From: Thermoplasmatota archaeon
Lineage (GTDB): Archaea; Thermoplasmatota; E2; JACPAO01; JAHFTW01
Direction: 5' to 3'
DNA length: 64,000 bases
NCBI GenBank assembly: GCA_041601615.1
Contig: JBFIHX010000005.1
Coordinates: 1-64,000, forward strand
Shown: positions 45,473 through 55,500 of the stretch, piece by piece
Position numbering within the stretch: the first letter of the stretch is position 1
Layout: each line of letters begins with the position of its first letter
Notes under the pieces: model-generated
Databases searched by the model: none
The model's input: the letters and a program-made list of their open reading frames with translations, nothing else
Told to the model about the DNA's origin: nothing
Translations under genes and position numbers: made by a program

Positions 45473-47341
45473 TTAGCTGTTGTTTTCGCCGCGAGGGGTA
45501 TCGCGGTCCAGCCAATCCAGCATGCGAGCAACCCGCGTGAGGTTCAACAAACTGCCCGCAACCCTAGGACCGTTGCCTTCTGGGATGCTGCCATCTTCGT
45601 TCCATTGCTCCCGGATCGACTGCCATGCCTGCACCAACGCGTCCACATCCACATAACTCCCCACTAGGCCATGGCGCGGCAGCTCGTCAACGATGGATTG
45701 AATTCTTGCAATCGCCTGCAGAAAATAGCCAGCCACCCAAGGGTTGGGCATTTGTTTGTCCGTGCGCCATTGAATGGACTCCGGCAAAATGTCCTGCATA
45801 GCCGTTCGAAAAAGACCCCTCCCAATGCCCCGGATCAACTGGTATTCCAAGGGCACCGCAAGTGCAAATTCGACCAGCCGTCGATCCATCATCGGATACC
45901 GAAACTCCACGCCATGGTACGCTGCCGAACCAGAATCCGTAACCGCTCGCGCGCCGCAATGACCATCGTCAAGCTGTTTTCGCCGCAAGTCCCCCCCAGC
46001 ACTTTTTCCATACACCCGAGGGGCGGCATCTACGCGAGAACGAGCCCGGAACTCCTTGTCCACGAGCGCCTGAATCGAAGGCCAGCCATCAGGAATGATC
46101 TCGGCACGAGGCCTCGCGGCACGAACAATACGCACCAGGGTCCGCCACAAGGGAACGCCGGTGGCAAGAGACCGTTGTCGGGCAAACCGGACGACTCGAA
46201 TCCATCGACCCTTGCGCACCCATGAATGAACCAAGCCGCGTGCATGGGATGATGCAAATTCATCGCCCCCGTATCCCGACAGCAGCACCGTACAGCCATC
46301 CTGTGCCGCCAATTTTGCCGGTCCCTCTGCCATGAATCCTATTTCCTGCTCCGCTGCCAGCGGGGATCTGCCATGGTCCTCAAAAATCATACTTGCGGGC
46401 GACGAAACGGGAGAAAACTGGATGTTGCCCGCCTTGACCACGGTCTCCATGTGCCGGCGCTCGTCGACCCCATTGGGATCGTGGTCATCTGGCAGCACCA
46501 ACCCATAGGCCCGCAGCGGATTATCCGCCTCCCGTTCGCGAGCCGCAAGTAAGGCGATGGCGCTCGAATCGATGCCGCCGCTCAATTGCGTCGCAACACC
46601 TGGACCGGATCGGCACAACACCGCCTCGACCATCAGTTCCCGAAGCCTCGCTTCGCACGCGGACCTGGTTCGATAGGCGCTTGCCGCCTTAGGATTGGGT
46701 CGCCAATACGTCCGTGGCTCTTCCCCGCCGCCTGGGCCGATTTCTACGTCCTGCGCCTGCCGCAATGCCTGTACGCCGTCAAGGGGGTGAATGTCGACGA
46801 AGGAGCCTTCCGTGCGCAATCGACTCGCCATCCAAGCCTCCGAAATGCGTTTTGGCACTCCTTCCAGAAAGCAAAACGCATTCATTTCGGTCGCAGCCAT
46901 CACGCCCCCGGGTACCAGGGCAAAATAGACGGGCCGCACCCCGATGGCGTCCCGCGCCATCCACAGCACTTTGCGCGTGGAATCCCACAGGGCAATGGCA
47001 AACTCTCCGATGAGGCGCTTTGCAGCGTCTCGGCCCCATCGCTGGTAGGCGTGTAGCACCAATTCGTGGTCGTTTGGTTGCTCTTGCAGGCCTAGTTGCG
47101 CCGCCACTTCGCTGCGGTTGTCGATCCGGATGTCTCCGGTCACCGACAACGGGCCAAGGGATGCAATCTGCGGCTTCCTCATGCCGTATGGAGGCACCGT
47201 GGCATGGAACCCCAGAAACACGCCCGCATGGTTTGTACTCGTGGACCAAGGTCGCCCGCCGGCATGGTGCGCCATGGACTGGAACGCCGGGACTGGATCA
47301 ATCTCTGTGGATGACGGCACCCAGGCCAGAAACGAACTCAT
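45473..47341 (-). CDS. Lasso cyclase (asparagine synthetase-like isopeptide ligase)
   Basis: IRIDNR, GEFA.ALWD, RDAIGVRP, LSGGIDSS, SGYGGDE, YPMMDRRLVEF and WR.DK; no N-terminal catalytic Cys of a true AsnB. Confidence 0.92.
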   Translation of the reverse strand: MSSFLAWVPSSTEIDPVPAFQSMAHHAGGRPWSTSTNHAGVFLGFHATVPPYGMRKPQIASLGPLSVTGDIRIDNRSEVAAQLGLQEQPNDHELVLHAYQRWGRDAAKRLIGEFAIALWDSTRKVLWMARDAIGVRPVYFALVPGGVMAATEMNAFCFLEGVPKRISEAWMASRLRTEGSFVDIHPLDGVQALRQAQDVEIGPGGGEEPRTYWRPNPKAASAYRTRSACEARLRELMVEAVLCRSGPGVATQLSGGIDSSAIALLAAREREADNPLRAYGLVLPDDHDPNGVDERRHMETVVKAGNIQFSPVSSPASMIFEDHGRSPLAAEQEIGFMAEGPAKLAAQDGCTVLLSGYGGDEFASSHARGLVHSWVRKGRWIRVVRFARQRSLATGVPLWRTLVRIVRAARPRAEIIPDGWPSIQALVDKEFRARSRVDAAPRVYGKSAGGDLRRKQLDDGHCGARAVTDSGSAAYHGVEFRYPMMDRRLVEFALAVPLEYQLIRGIGRGLFRTAMQDILPESIQWRTDKQMPNPWVAGYFLQAIARIQSIVDELPRHGLVGSYVDVDALVQAWQSIREQWNEDGSIPEGNGPRVAGSLLNLTRVARMLDWLDRDTPRGENNS

Positions 47342-47519
47342 GCCAACGCGATGTCCCAATGCAGGCCCTTAAGCAAATCGATAGGCGGCGCATTGCAACT
47401 CAGCATGAGGACTGGGACCTTGCAAGGAAATTCAAGCAGGCCCGCACGCCCACACGCACCGCCCCGTACCTGCCCCAACGAACGCACAGTGGTTCTGCGT
47501 GCCCGCCAGAGCAAGCGCG

Positions 47520-49202
47520 CTACGCCTCGGAATTTGGTTCTGGGTCGTAGATTTGGCCATCGCGCAATGCAACGACGCGATCCACGCTGCGAACCGTCGA
47601 ATCCCGATGCGACACAACGACCACCGTCACGCCCGACAAGGAATGCAAAATCTCCTGGAACGCTTCCTCGCCCTCTTGATCCCAGTTGCTGGTCGGTTCA
47701 TCCAACACGAGCAAGCGAGGCCGCCGCGCCAGCGCCATGGCCAATGCAATTCGTTGGGCCTGGCCACCGGAAAGTGCTTGGGCGTGCTGGCCCAACTCAG
47801 TGTCAAGGCCCTGGCGCGTCGCAAGAAAATCGCAGCCCGCTCGGTCCAGTGCCTCTTGAAAATCCTGGTCCGTTGCCTGCGGGGCCCCCCAGGCCATGTT
47901 GGTGCGCACGGTGCCGGCAAGAAACACCGGTTGCTGCGGCACGAGCGCAATAGACTGGCGCCACGCGGCACGGTCCGTCAAGGTGTGGCCATCGATCTCC
48001 ACATGGCCCGCGTCGGGCTGCACTAGGCCCAGCAGCACCTCAATGAGCGTAGTTTTGCCCGCCCCATTTGGGCCCGTGATGGCGATTTTTTCACCCCGTT
48101 CAAGGACCAAATGGACGCCCTGCAAGGCCCGGACCTCGCCATAGTGCACATGGACATCTAGCAAGCGAATCTGTTGCTCGAACCGCGGTGCCTCCCCGTC
48201 GGCCACGACTTCGGCGGCATTCTTGGCCAGCATCCATGTGTCTTGCAAGCTGTGCCAAGCAGGAGTCACGGCGATATGGGCCTGGTAATGCTGGTGGCTT
48301 TGCTTGATGCGCGGCAAAATGCGGGCAAACAAGTACAGCAACAACAGAAACGCACCCAATTCCATGGCAAACGGTACCAACGCTAGGTAGGTAGTCGTCG
48401 CCAGCGCAAGCACCGCAATCGTGTCAAAGAGAAACCTGGACGTGGAGCGAACGCGAATCGACTGGACCTGCGTCGTCAAAATCTGCGGGTCGTGACCAAA
48501 CGGATGCGTCCCGTAAAACCGCGCTTGCCGGCTTCCCGCCAACCACTGCTCCGTCGCCTCATGCATCCCCACCATTCGCTCGGCCATCTCAACACCAATG
48601 GCCGCCGAACGACGTGTCCACGGCCGCAAGACCCCAATGGCCAGCACGGCAATCGCAAGCACAATCGCAGTCAAAGCCGGCGCAACGCGGAACGCCAATG
48701 CAATTTGAGCCACCAAGACAACAAGCCCCGACGCCAACGTCAGCAGCAAAAACGTCGCGGCACCTGTGCGGTCCGCCTCCGTCGTCAAGGCATTCGTGAT
48801 GGAGCCACGAGACAGCGCTTGCAACTGGCGCCACTCCATGCGGTCCAAATCGTTGCGAAGCTCAGCCCGGATTTGATCCACAAGATGATGTTGCAACGTC
48901 AACGCTACCCGAGCATGCACCCAAGCAAGGCCCGCCAGCGTCACTTGGAGAAACACAAACAGTCCCAGCGCCGCAAGCAAACCGGGCTTCAAGCCCACCC
49001 AATCCAACACCCGCACAAACGCGGCAGACACAGGGGCCAGTCCCGATCCCGTATCGATGCCGACGGTGCTGAGCAACGGAATGAGCGACAGAAGCGACGC
49101 GCCCTCCACCAAGCCCATGGCGACAAGCAACACGAAAGAAGCCAAGGTCCGTCCAGGAACGAGCCTCCACAACTCGGCCAAAAGCGAGCGACGGTCCACC
49201 AC
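47520..49202 (-). CDS. ABC exporter (TM + ATPase), lasso D-type
   Basis: TM domain; GPNGAGKT, LSGGQAQR and LDEPT motifs. Confidence 0.92.
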   Translation of the reverse strand: MVDRRSLLAELWRLVPGRTLASFVLLVAMGLVEGASLLSLIPLLSTVGIDTGSGLAPVSAAFVRVLDWVGLKPGLLAALGLFVFLQVTLAGLAWVHARVALTLQHHLVDQIRAELRNDLDRMEWRQLQALSRGSITNALTTEADRTGAATFLLLTLASGLVVLVAQIALAFRVAPALTAIVLAIAVLAIGVLRPWTRRSAAIGVEMAERMVGMHEATEQWLAGSRQARFYGTHPFGHDPQILTTQVQSIRVRSTSRFLFDTIAVLALATTTYLALVPFAMELGAFLLLLYLFARILPRIKQSHQHYQAHIAVTPAWHSLQDTWMLAKNAAEVVADGEAPRFEQQIRLLDVHVHYGEVRALQGVHLVLERGEKIAITGPNGAGKTTLIEVLLGLVQPDAGHVEIDGHTLTDRAAWRQSIALVPQQPVFLAGTVRTNMAWGAPQATDQDFQEALDRAGCDFLATRQGLDTELGQHAQALSGGQAQRIALAMALARRPRLLVLDEPTSNWDQEGEEAFQEILHSLSGVTVVVVSHRDSTVRSVDRVVALRDGQIYDPEPNSEA

Positions 49203-49225
49203 GCGCTGGCACCGAGTCTCGTTGT

Positions 49226-50323
49226 TTAGTCCCTCGGACCCTGATTCCTGCCCGTCCGCATCAACTTGCGCACAAGGCGCAGCACAGAGGAGCCATGCGC
49301 CGAGCTGCTGGAATCAGCAATGGCATCGTCCAAACTAGGCACCATGACTCGGTTCCACGCATACCGAAACTGCTTGCCCGGCCGAATCCAAGCCTGGTAC
49401 GCAAAATCCGTGGTGTTGCGCCACGGAAACGCAGACTCTTCCAGCCAGCCCGCACGAATTCGACGAGCCCATCGCCGAACCGAACGGGAATCCGCACGCC
49501 AGGCCACCGGCGACGAGCCCGGCTCCAGCACCTCCAAACACGCGGCAGTCAACGCCAAAATACGACGCGGTACCACCACGTGCTCCGCGTCCTCTGGCCA
49601 CATCTTGGTCCATTGCAAAATGTCACTCAGCCACAATAGCCTACGAAACGCCGATCCAGCCCCATGCAACACGAGATGAGACAACGCCGCCGAGCCCTGG
49701 GCCACTTGAATCGAGTGCCCCAGCAACTGCACGGAGGCAGCCGAGGAGAACACATTCGGCTCCTCCAGCAAAAAATTCCTCGTAAACAGCGACCAATGAA
49801 CCTCTACCAGCACCGGGCCCCGCCGGACCGCAAACGCATTCGATCCCAACCGAACCCGAGGATCATCCAACCGCAGATCATGCACGGCTTCGAACCCGCC
49901 CGCCGCGAGCGCCAAAATCGCCGCCTCCACTTGTTCCGGTCGCACAAGCACATCCACGTCATGGCATGCCCGCCGCGTCGGGTCCGCGTACAAGAGCTGC
50001 GACAGCGCCGGCCCTTTCACAAAGACATGTGGGACACCCTCCAACAACGCAGCGACCTGAGAAACCGCCGCCGCCATCGCCAACGCCGTGCGAGTCCCCT
50101 CCCAATCCACATGCGCATCCAACCGATGCTTGCCCAGCGTAGCCTCGGCGTCCCTCGCCTCCAACCACGCTCGACAAACCTCAAGACCACCCACCACAAC
50201 ACGGGCACAACCCGAGACAGAAATGGCTTTGCGCACCCAGGAACACGAAGCAAAGCCGTCGTCGCAAGCGGCCGCCTCGTTGGCAAAACCCGCCACGAAG
50301 CTCGCCAAACCGTCCACAGCCAC
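49226..50323 (-). CDS. Nucleotidyltransferase family protein (NTP_transf_5-like)
   Basis: KGPALS..LY....R...DVDVLV, VEVHW, HLVLH and WLSD motifs. Confidence 0.85.
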   Translation of the reverse strand: MAVDGLASFVAGFANEAAACDDGFASCSWVRKAISVSGCARVVVGGLEVCRAWLEARDAEATLGKHRLDAHVDWEGTRTALAMAAAVSQVAALLEGVPHVFVKGPALSQLLYADPTRRACHDVDVLVRPEQVEAAILALAAGGFEAVHDLRLDDPRVRLGSNAFAVRRGPVLVEVHWSLFTRNFLLEEPNVFSSAASVQLLGHSIQVAQGSAALSHLVLHGAGSAFRRLLWLSDILQWTKMWPEDAEHVVVPRRILALTAACLEVLEPGSSPVAWRADSRSVRRWARRIRAGWLEESAFPWRNTTDFAYQAWIRPGKQFRYAWNRVMVPSLDDAIADSSSSAHGSSVLRLVRKLMRTGRNQGPRD

Positions 50324-50575
50324 CCAGAGACATCAGGAACACGGGCCCAGCGGCATCATGGCAACCTCCTATGGGGGCAGAGGTGGGCCTGCGCTCGCCC
50401 CCCTCGACTCAGCTGTTTGGTGCCCCAACTCTCATATACGCGACCCTTGTCGCGCGGATTGCATCGTCCAGCCTAACAAGGCCCGGCTTCACAGCCGGCG
50501 GGGACCGGAACGCTTGGCGGCTGGCCCGGAACCCTGGGAAAGAAGCGAAACCCTACCTACACAGGAGAAACATCC

Positions 50576-51004
50576 ATGGCAACGGGAATCAACGCCGCCA
50601 GGAAGCTGAAGAACGACCGGCAAAAGTTCCGCTGGTCGGACCGCTACTACAAGCGCCGCGAACTGCGCCTCAAGGAGAAAGCCGACCCGCTCGGTGGCAT
50701 CCCTCAGGCCCGCGGCATCGTCGTCGAAAAGGTCGGCATCGAGGCCAAGCAGCCCAACTCTGCCATCCGCAAGTGCGTGAAGGTGCAGTTGATCCGCAAT
50801 GGCCGCCAGATCACCGCATTCGCGGTCGGCGACGGCGCAATCAACTACATCGACGAACACGACGAAGTGCTCGTTGAGGGTATCGGCGGCCGCATGGGCC
50901 GTTCGTACGGTGACATTCCTGGTGTCCGCTACAAGGTCATCAAGGTCAACAACACCTCCCTCGACATGCTTGTCAAGGGCAAGATCGAAAAGCCGATGCG
51001 GTGA
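50576..51004 (+). CDS. rps12: 30S ribosomal protein uS12 (archaeal)
   Basis: [15 protein letters not shown] and [10 protein letters not shown]; AGGAG RBS. Confidence 0.98.
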   Translation: MATGINAARKLKNDRQKFRWSDRYYKRRELRLKEKADPLGGIPQARGIVVEKVGIEAKQPNSAIRKCVKVQLIRNGRQITAFAVGDGAINYIDEHDEVLVEGIGGRMGRSYGDIPGVRYKVIKVNNTSLDMLVKGKIEKPMR

Positions 51005-51009
51005 TCACG

Positions 51010-51663
51010 ATGACTGACGAATCTATCATTCAGACGGAAGAACAGCTCGCGGAGGTCGCCGCAGAGGAGACCGCACCCGAGGAGCCCGTGGTCGTCCTGC
51101 CCGAGACCCCCCTCTTTGGTAAGTACGGCGCCGACGGCATCGAGATCCGCGACGTGGGCCTGGCCCGCTACATTCGCCTCGAACTGGTCGGCTTGCCCCA
51201 CAGCAGTGCTCGCCACGCCAACCGACGCTTTGCCAAGCAACGCGTCAACATTGTCGAACGCTTGATCAACAACGTCATGCGCTCGGCTGCGTACAACGGC
51301 AAGAAGGGCAAGGCGTACAAGGTCGTCGAGGACGCTTTCGAGCGCATCGCCGAGAAGACCAAGGACAACCCGATCCAGGCCCTAATCCGCGCTGTGGAGC
51401 ACTCCGCTCCTCGCGAAGAGGTCACCCGCCTGCGCTACGGTGGCATCAACGTCCCCAAGGCCGTCGATGTTTCGCCCATGCGCCGTCTCGACATCGCTCT
51501 GCGCAACCTCGCAAAGGGTGGACTGGCTGGCTCCCACAAGAGCACCAAGCCCGCCGCCCACTGCCTCGCCGATGAGATCATGAAGGCCGCCAAGGGCGAC
51601 CCCGGATCCTTCTCGGTCGGTAAGAAGGACGAGCTTGAGCGCGTCGCCAAGTCTGCTCGCTAA
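51010..51663 (+). CDS. rps7: 30S ribosomal protein uS7 (archaeal)
   Basis: IVERLIN, NPIQ, APREE, AVDVSP.RR.D.AL and ELERVAKSAR. Confidence 0.97.
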   Translation: MTDESIIQTEEQLAEVAAEETAPEEPVVVLPETPLFGKYGADGIEIRDVGLARYIRLELVGLPHSSARHANRRFAKQRVNIVERLINNVMRSAAYNGKKGKAYKVVEDAFERIAEKTKDNPIQALIRAVEHSAPREEVTRLRYGGINVPKAVDVSPMRRLDIALRNLAKGGLAGSHKSTKPAAHCLADEIMKAAKGDPGSFSVGKKDELERVAKSAR

Positions 51664-51769
51664 GCTCGCAGCCTAGTCGACGCACTCAAGCATGGCGTCT
51701 TCGACGCCCGCCAGAGTCGGCACCGCCGACTCCGGCGAATTGGAACGCGTCGCCAAGTCTGCACGCTAG
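51631..51769 (+). repeat. Duplicate of the last 11 codons of rps7 (51631-51663 vs 51737-51769)
   Basis: gag ctt gag cgc gtc gcc aag tct gct cgc taa vs gaa ttg gaa cgc gtc gcc aag tct gca cgc tag. Confidence 0.88.
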
Positions 51770-51899
51770 AGCCTCGGCGTCTTCGAGAAAAACACCTTCA
51801 CCCTCCTCTTCCAATCCTCTTTCCTTCGCTCCTATTTTGGGGTCGCTTGAAATGTGCGGCCCAATGTTCTTCGCCGTCGGCGCACGCCGGCAGGATGGG

Positions 51900-52313
51900 A
51901 TGAAGATGCACGAAACAACCACCGTGCGGTGGGTCCTCGTCGTGGACGATGATCCATTGCATCGGCTGCTGATGAGAGACAGCGTAGAGCAAGCTGGGCC
52001 AACGAACACTTGGGTGCTGGAAGCGCCCGACGGAGCCACCGCTCAGTCGATTCTGGCAAAATTGCCTGCTCGCGCGGTGTTTCTCATGACGGACCGCAAC
52101 ATGCCGGGATCGATCCATGGAGACGCCCTTTTGGAAGGCCATCTTGCGCGCGGCGGAAGTGGAGTCTTGGTTACTTCGGATGCACGATTCGTGGGGCATT
52201 CTCCTTACTGCATCCAGAAACCCGATCACATGACGGGCTGGGCCGAGCTTGGACGGCGAATCTTCACGGGTCCTCCGACCCATGCCTGGGCTCCATTGCT
52301 CATGTGTGGTTGA
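51900..52313 (+). CDS. Stand-alone response-regulator receiver domain
   Basis: VLVVDDD, TDRNMPG (phospho-Asp), VTS and QKP motifs. Confidence 0.72.
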   Translation: MKMHETTTVRWVLVVDDDPLHRLLMRDSVEQAGPTNTWVLEAPDGATAQSILAKLPARAVFLMTDRNMPGSIHGDALLEGHLARGGSGVLVTSDARFVGHSPYCIQKPDHMTGWAELGRRIFTGPPTHAWAPLLMCG

Positions 52314-52527
52314 TGAGGTGGGCTGGTGGCGCTGGTTGTTGCGGTCAGGGGTTTCCCGCGTCAAGGATGGGGGTGGAATGGGGCCTTGGGGCGCCGTGCT
52401 TCTTGTCCCGTGGCCCGGAGCGTCGAAGTCGCGGCTAAGTATCTCCGGATTAGATAGATCGGGATAGATAGATAAGAACCACAGCCATCAGCCTAAAACG
52501 TACTGAACATTGTGGGACGCGATCGTC

Positions 52528-55500
52528 ATGCGAAAAATCATGGTCGTTTTCCTCGCTCTGCTGCTTCTGGCCACTCCGTTGGCCGTTGCCCACAAATCCA
52601 ACCACGAGATGCAGCACCAGGCGTGCGACGTGATGTGGATGACGCCCCATGGGCATGGCCCAGACGACGGCCATCGACACGAACACGACCCGGACATAGC
52701 CGGCCCGGAGCACAAGGATCTGCACAACCACGACCCTTGCAACCAGAGCCGAATGACCTACCCGGACTACGAAAGTGTCGCGCCCATCACGGAAATAGAT
52801 CCGCCGACCAAGGAGTTGGATCCGGAAGAAATCATCTGGAACGACAACGACGCGACCAACTCCGAGGTGTACATCGGAGGCGAAGCGTACCAATTCCCCA
52901 TCGCTCCCGGAACGTTCCAGGAGATCGATTCGCTGGTCATCAGCAGCAACGCTGACGCCGCTGCCCTCGCCGCCGCCGGAGTCATCAGTGGCACCGGCGA
53001 CGAGGACGACCCTTACGTCATTCAGAACCTTATCGTGGGTCGTGCACTCATCATCAGTGACACGGACAAGTGTTTCGTGGTCAAGAACAACATTGTTGTT
53101 GATCGCGTGGTCGAAGCGCCCATCGTGCCGGACCCCGACGACCTCATTAATGTCACCAAGTTGATTCGTGAGCTCATCGAATTGATCGACGGGCTCCTGG
53201 CAGACATTGCCGAATACTTGGGCATCACGGAAGAACTGGAAGCGGCCCGCGCCCTCTGGGACGAGAACGCCACAATCTGGGAAAACGAGAAGCTTGTGTG
53301 GGATGCCGAAGCGGCCGCCAAGCAAGCGCAATTGGCCAACATGAACGCCCGGTCTGCCTCCTACGACGCCCAACTAGCGCAATGGCAACAGGATATCGCC
53401 AATTACGAGGGCAATTACCTCAATTCGATTGGCATCACTGAGCAACTCGCCTCCGACTTTGAATACTACATGGAGCAAATCCTCGGCTTCGACCCCACAA
53501 CCGTGACGCAGCCGACCAAGTCGCACCAGCAATTCATCAACAACGGCCAAGTAGTCGACATAGGCGCGCTCCAGGACAGCTTCGAATCCTACCAGGACGA
53601 TGCCAGCAAACTCATTGGCGCCGTCAGCGAGACCGGTCAGAATCCCTCTGAGACCAACTTTGACGTGCGCGACATGATCGACGAAAACCCGCCCGGTGCG
53701 ACCCCGCCGGCCGGCTACTCCGGCTCCGACTGGAGCTCCGATTTGGCGCAATACGACGACTACCGTCAATGGATCTTGGACGAAGTGACCAGCTACTGGG
53801 GCACCTTGAAGGCGGACGAGCCGGATTACGATGGTTTTGCCGCGTTCATGGAGGAGTACAATGGATTCCAGGAGGAGTACGCTGCCTTCATGGGAGAATA
53901 CAACAGCTTCACGGCCAGCCACACGGCCTTCCAGAACGACTTCAATGCCTTCATGGACGACTACAGCAGTTTCCTCGCCTCGAACGCCGCATCCCTGGAC
54001 GAATACAACGCCCTGATTGCCGACGCCGAGGCCGACATCGCGGACGCAGAAGCGCTCATCGACACCGTGCAAGGATTCGCCTGGAAACTGGGCGACCTCT
54101 TGTTCGAAACCATCGATCAAGTCCTAGAGCACCTCTTGACGCTCATCTTCGGCCTCATCGACCCACACGACCCGCACGAAGTGGCCAACAACAACGGCCA
54201 ATTGGTGCTTGACTGGAACGGCCAGTGCCTGCACGTCTACAACAACGTGATCAACGACTTGCGCGTCAACCAGAACAACGATCGCACCGGCTTTGCCACC
54301 GGGGGCATCCTGGAGAACAATCGCATCTTTACGATTGGCCAGATCCGCCACTACGACGGCATCTTCCGCGACAACGAAGTAGGCAACCGAGCCCACTTGT
54401 ACAGTCTGATTGATCCGAACATCACCGCGCCGACAAACGACCAGTCGGTCAACAACGATGGCGCCAACCAAGGCTGGTACTTTGACAACGTCATCTACGG
54501 ACAAGTGGACCTTGACTTCCACGGACACCACCACTCGGCGGGCTTCTTTGCCCCCGAGAGCCACTTCCATGGCTCGGTGTACCGTGAAGCCTACATGGTC
54601 AACACCGACGGTTCCTGCAAATTCACCCACGACGATCTGATGCCGATGCCCGGGCACCACCAGATGCACGAGAGCGACAACGACTTCGAGGTGCTGGGCG
54701 AAACCATCATTGATGGCCCGGACAACGAACCTTGCCTGCCGCATCATGACCACGGCAAGCGCTGGACATCCGTGTTTTTCAACGACAATGTGATCATTGA
54801 TCCAAACGGGCTTGGTCTGCGTTTCGAAGACGAAAACCACCGCGCCGACGACGAGCAAGCGAACTCGGAGAACATGCGCGAGCTCAAGAAGCCGCACTTC
54901 CACCAGAAGTGGGTCCAAGTGGAAAACAACACGGTCGTGGGCAAAATCTTCATTGATGTTCTCAACGCCAAGGGCACGTTCCTGTGGAGCGACGACTGGA
55001 GCGAGGTGGAGAACACGGCCGGCATCGAACGCAGCATCGAGGCGTTGGATCACCCGGGTGCTCGCATCGCCTACAGCCACCCGATGCGCAACGACGCCTG
55101 GCTGGATATCCAAAACAACACGGTGCTCCAGACGCAGAGTGTTGGTGTCTTGGTGTCGGATGCGGAGTTCATGACGAAGCTTCAGTTGAACAACAACCGC
55201 GCTGTGGGCGCGCCGACCTCGATCTCGGGCTACAGCTTCGAAGCGCTGCGCGATTGGCTCTGGAATGCCCGGTACGCTTCGGCCGCCTCGATTGCGGACG
55301 ACGTGGACGACATGGGTTCCGGTGACCGCGGCGTGCAGAACTTTGTGCTCGTGCGCAATGCAATCGACAAATTCAACGTAGTCTTCTGTGGCAACACGCT
55401 GCACCGCTTGGACGGCAGTCTTGTGGCAACGGATCGGATCTACCAGGACGGTGCCAGCACCATCGATTACGACTGTACCTCGGACAACGACGATGATGGT

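Noticed and set aside
45298-45531. 77-aa ORF-track ORF as the lasso precursor
   Set aside because: Wrong frame: it overlaps the cyclase end and has no sensible leader/core; the 45329-45448 frame has both
45473-47341. Ordinary asparagine synthetase AsnB
   Set aside because: Lacks the N-terminal catalytic Cys and lies with RRE, B2 and a precursor
47342-47519. Second lasso precursor between the ABC and cyclase genes
   Set aside because: No short ORF with a Y/WxxPxL leader and Gly/Asp/Glu core found; it looks like a promoter-containing spacer (CTTAAG about 27 nt before the cyclase start)
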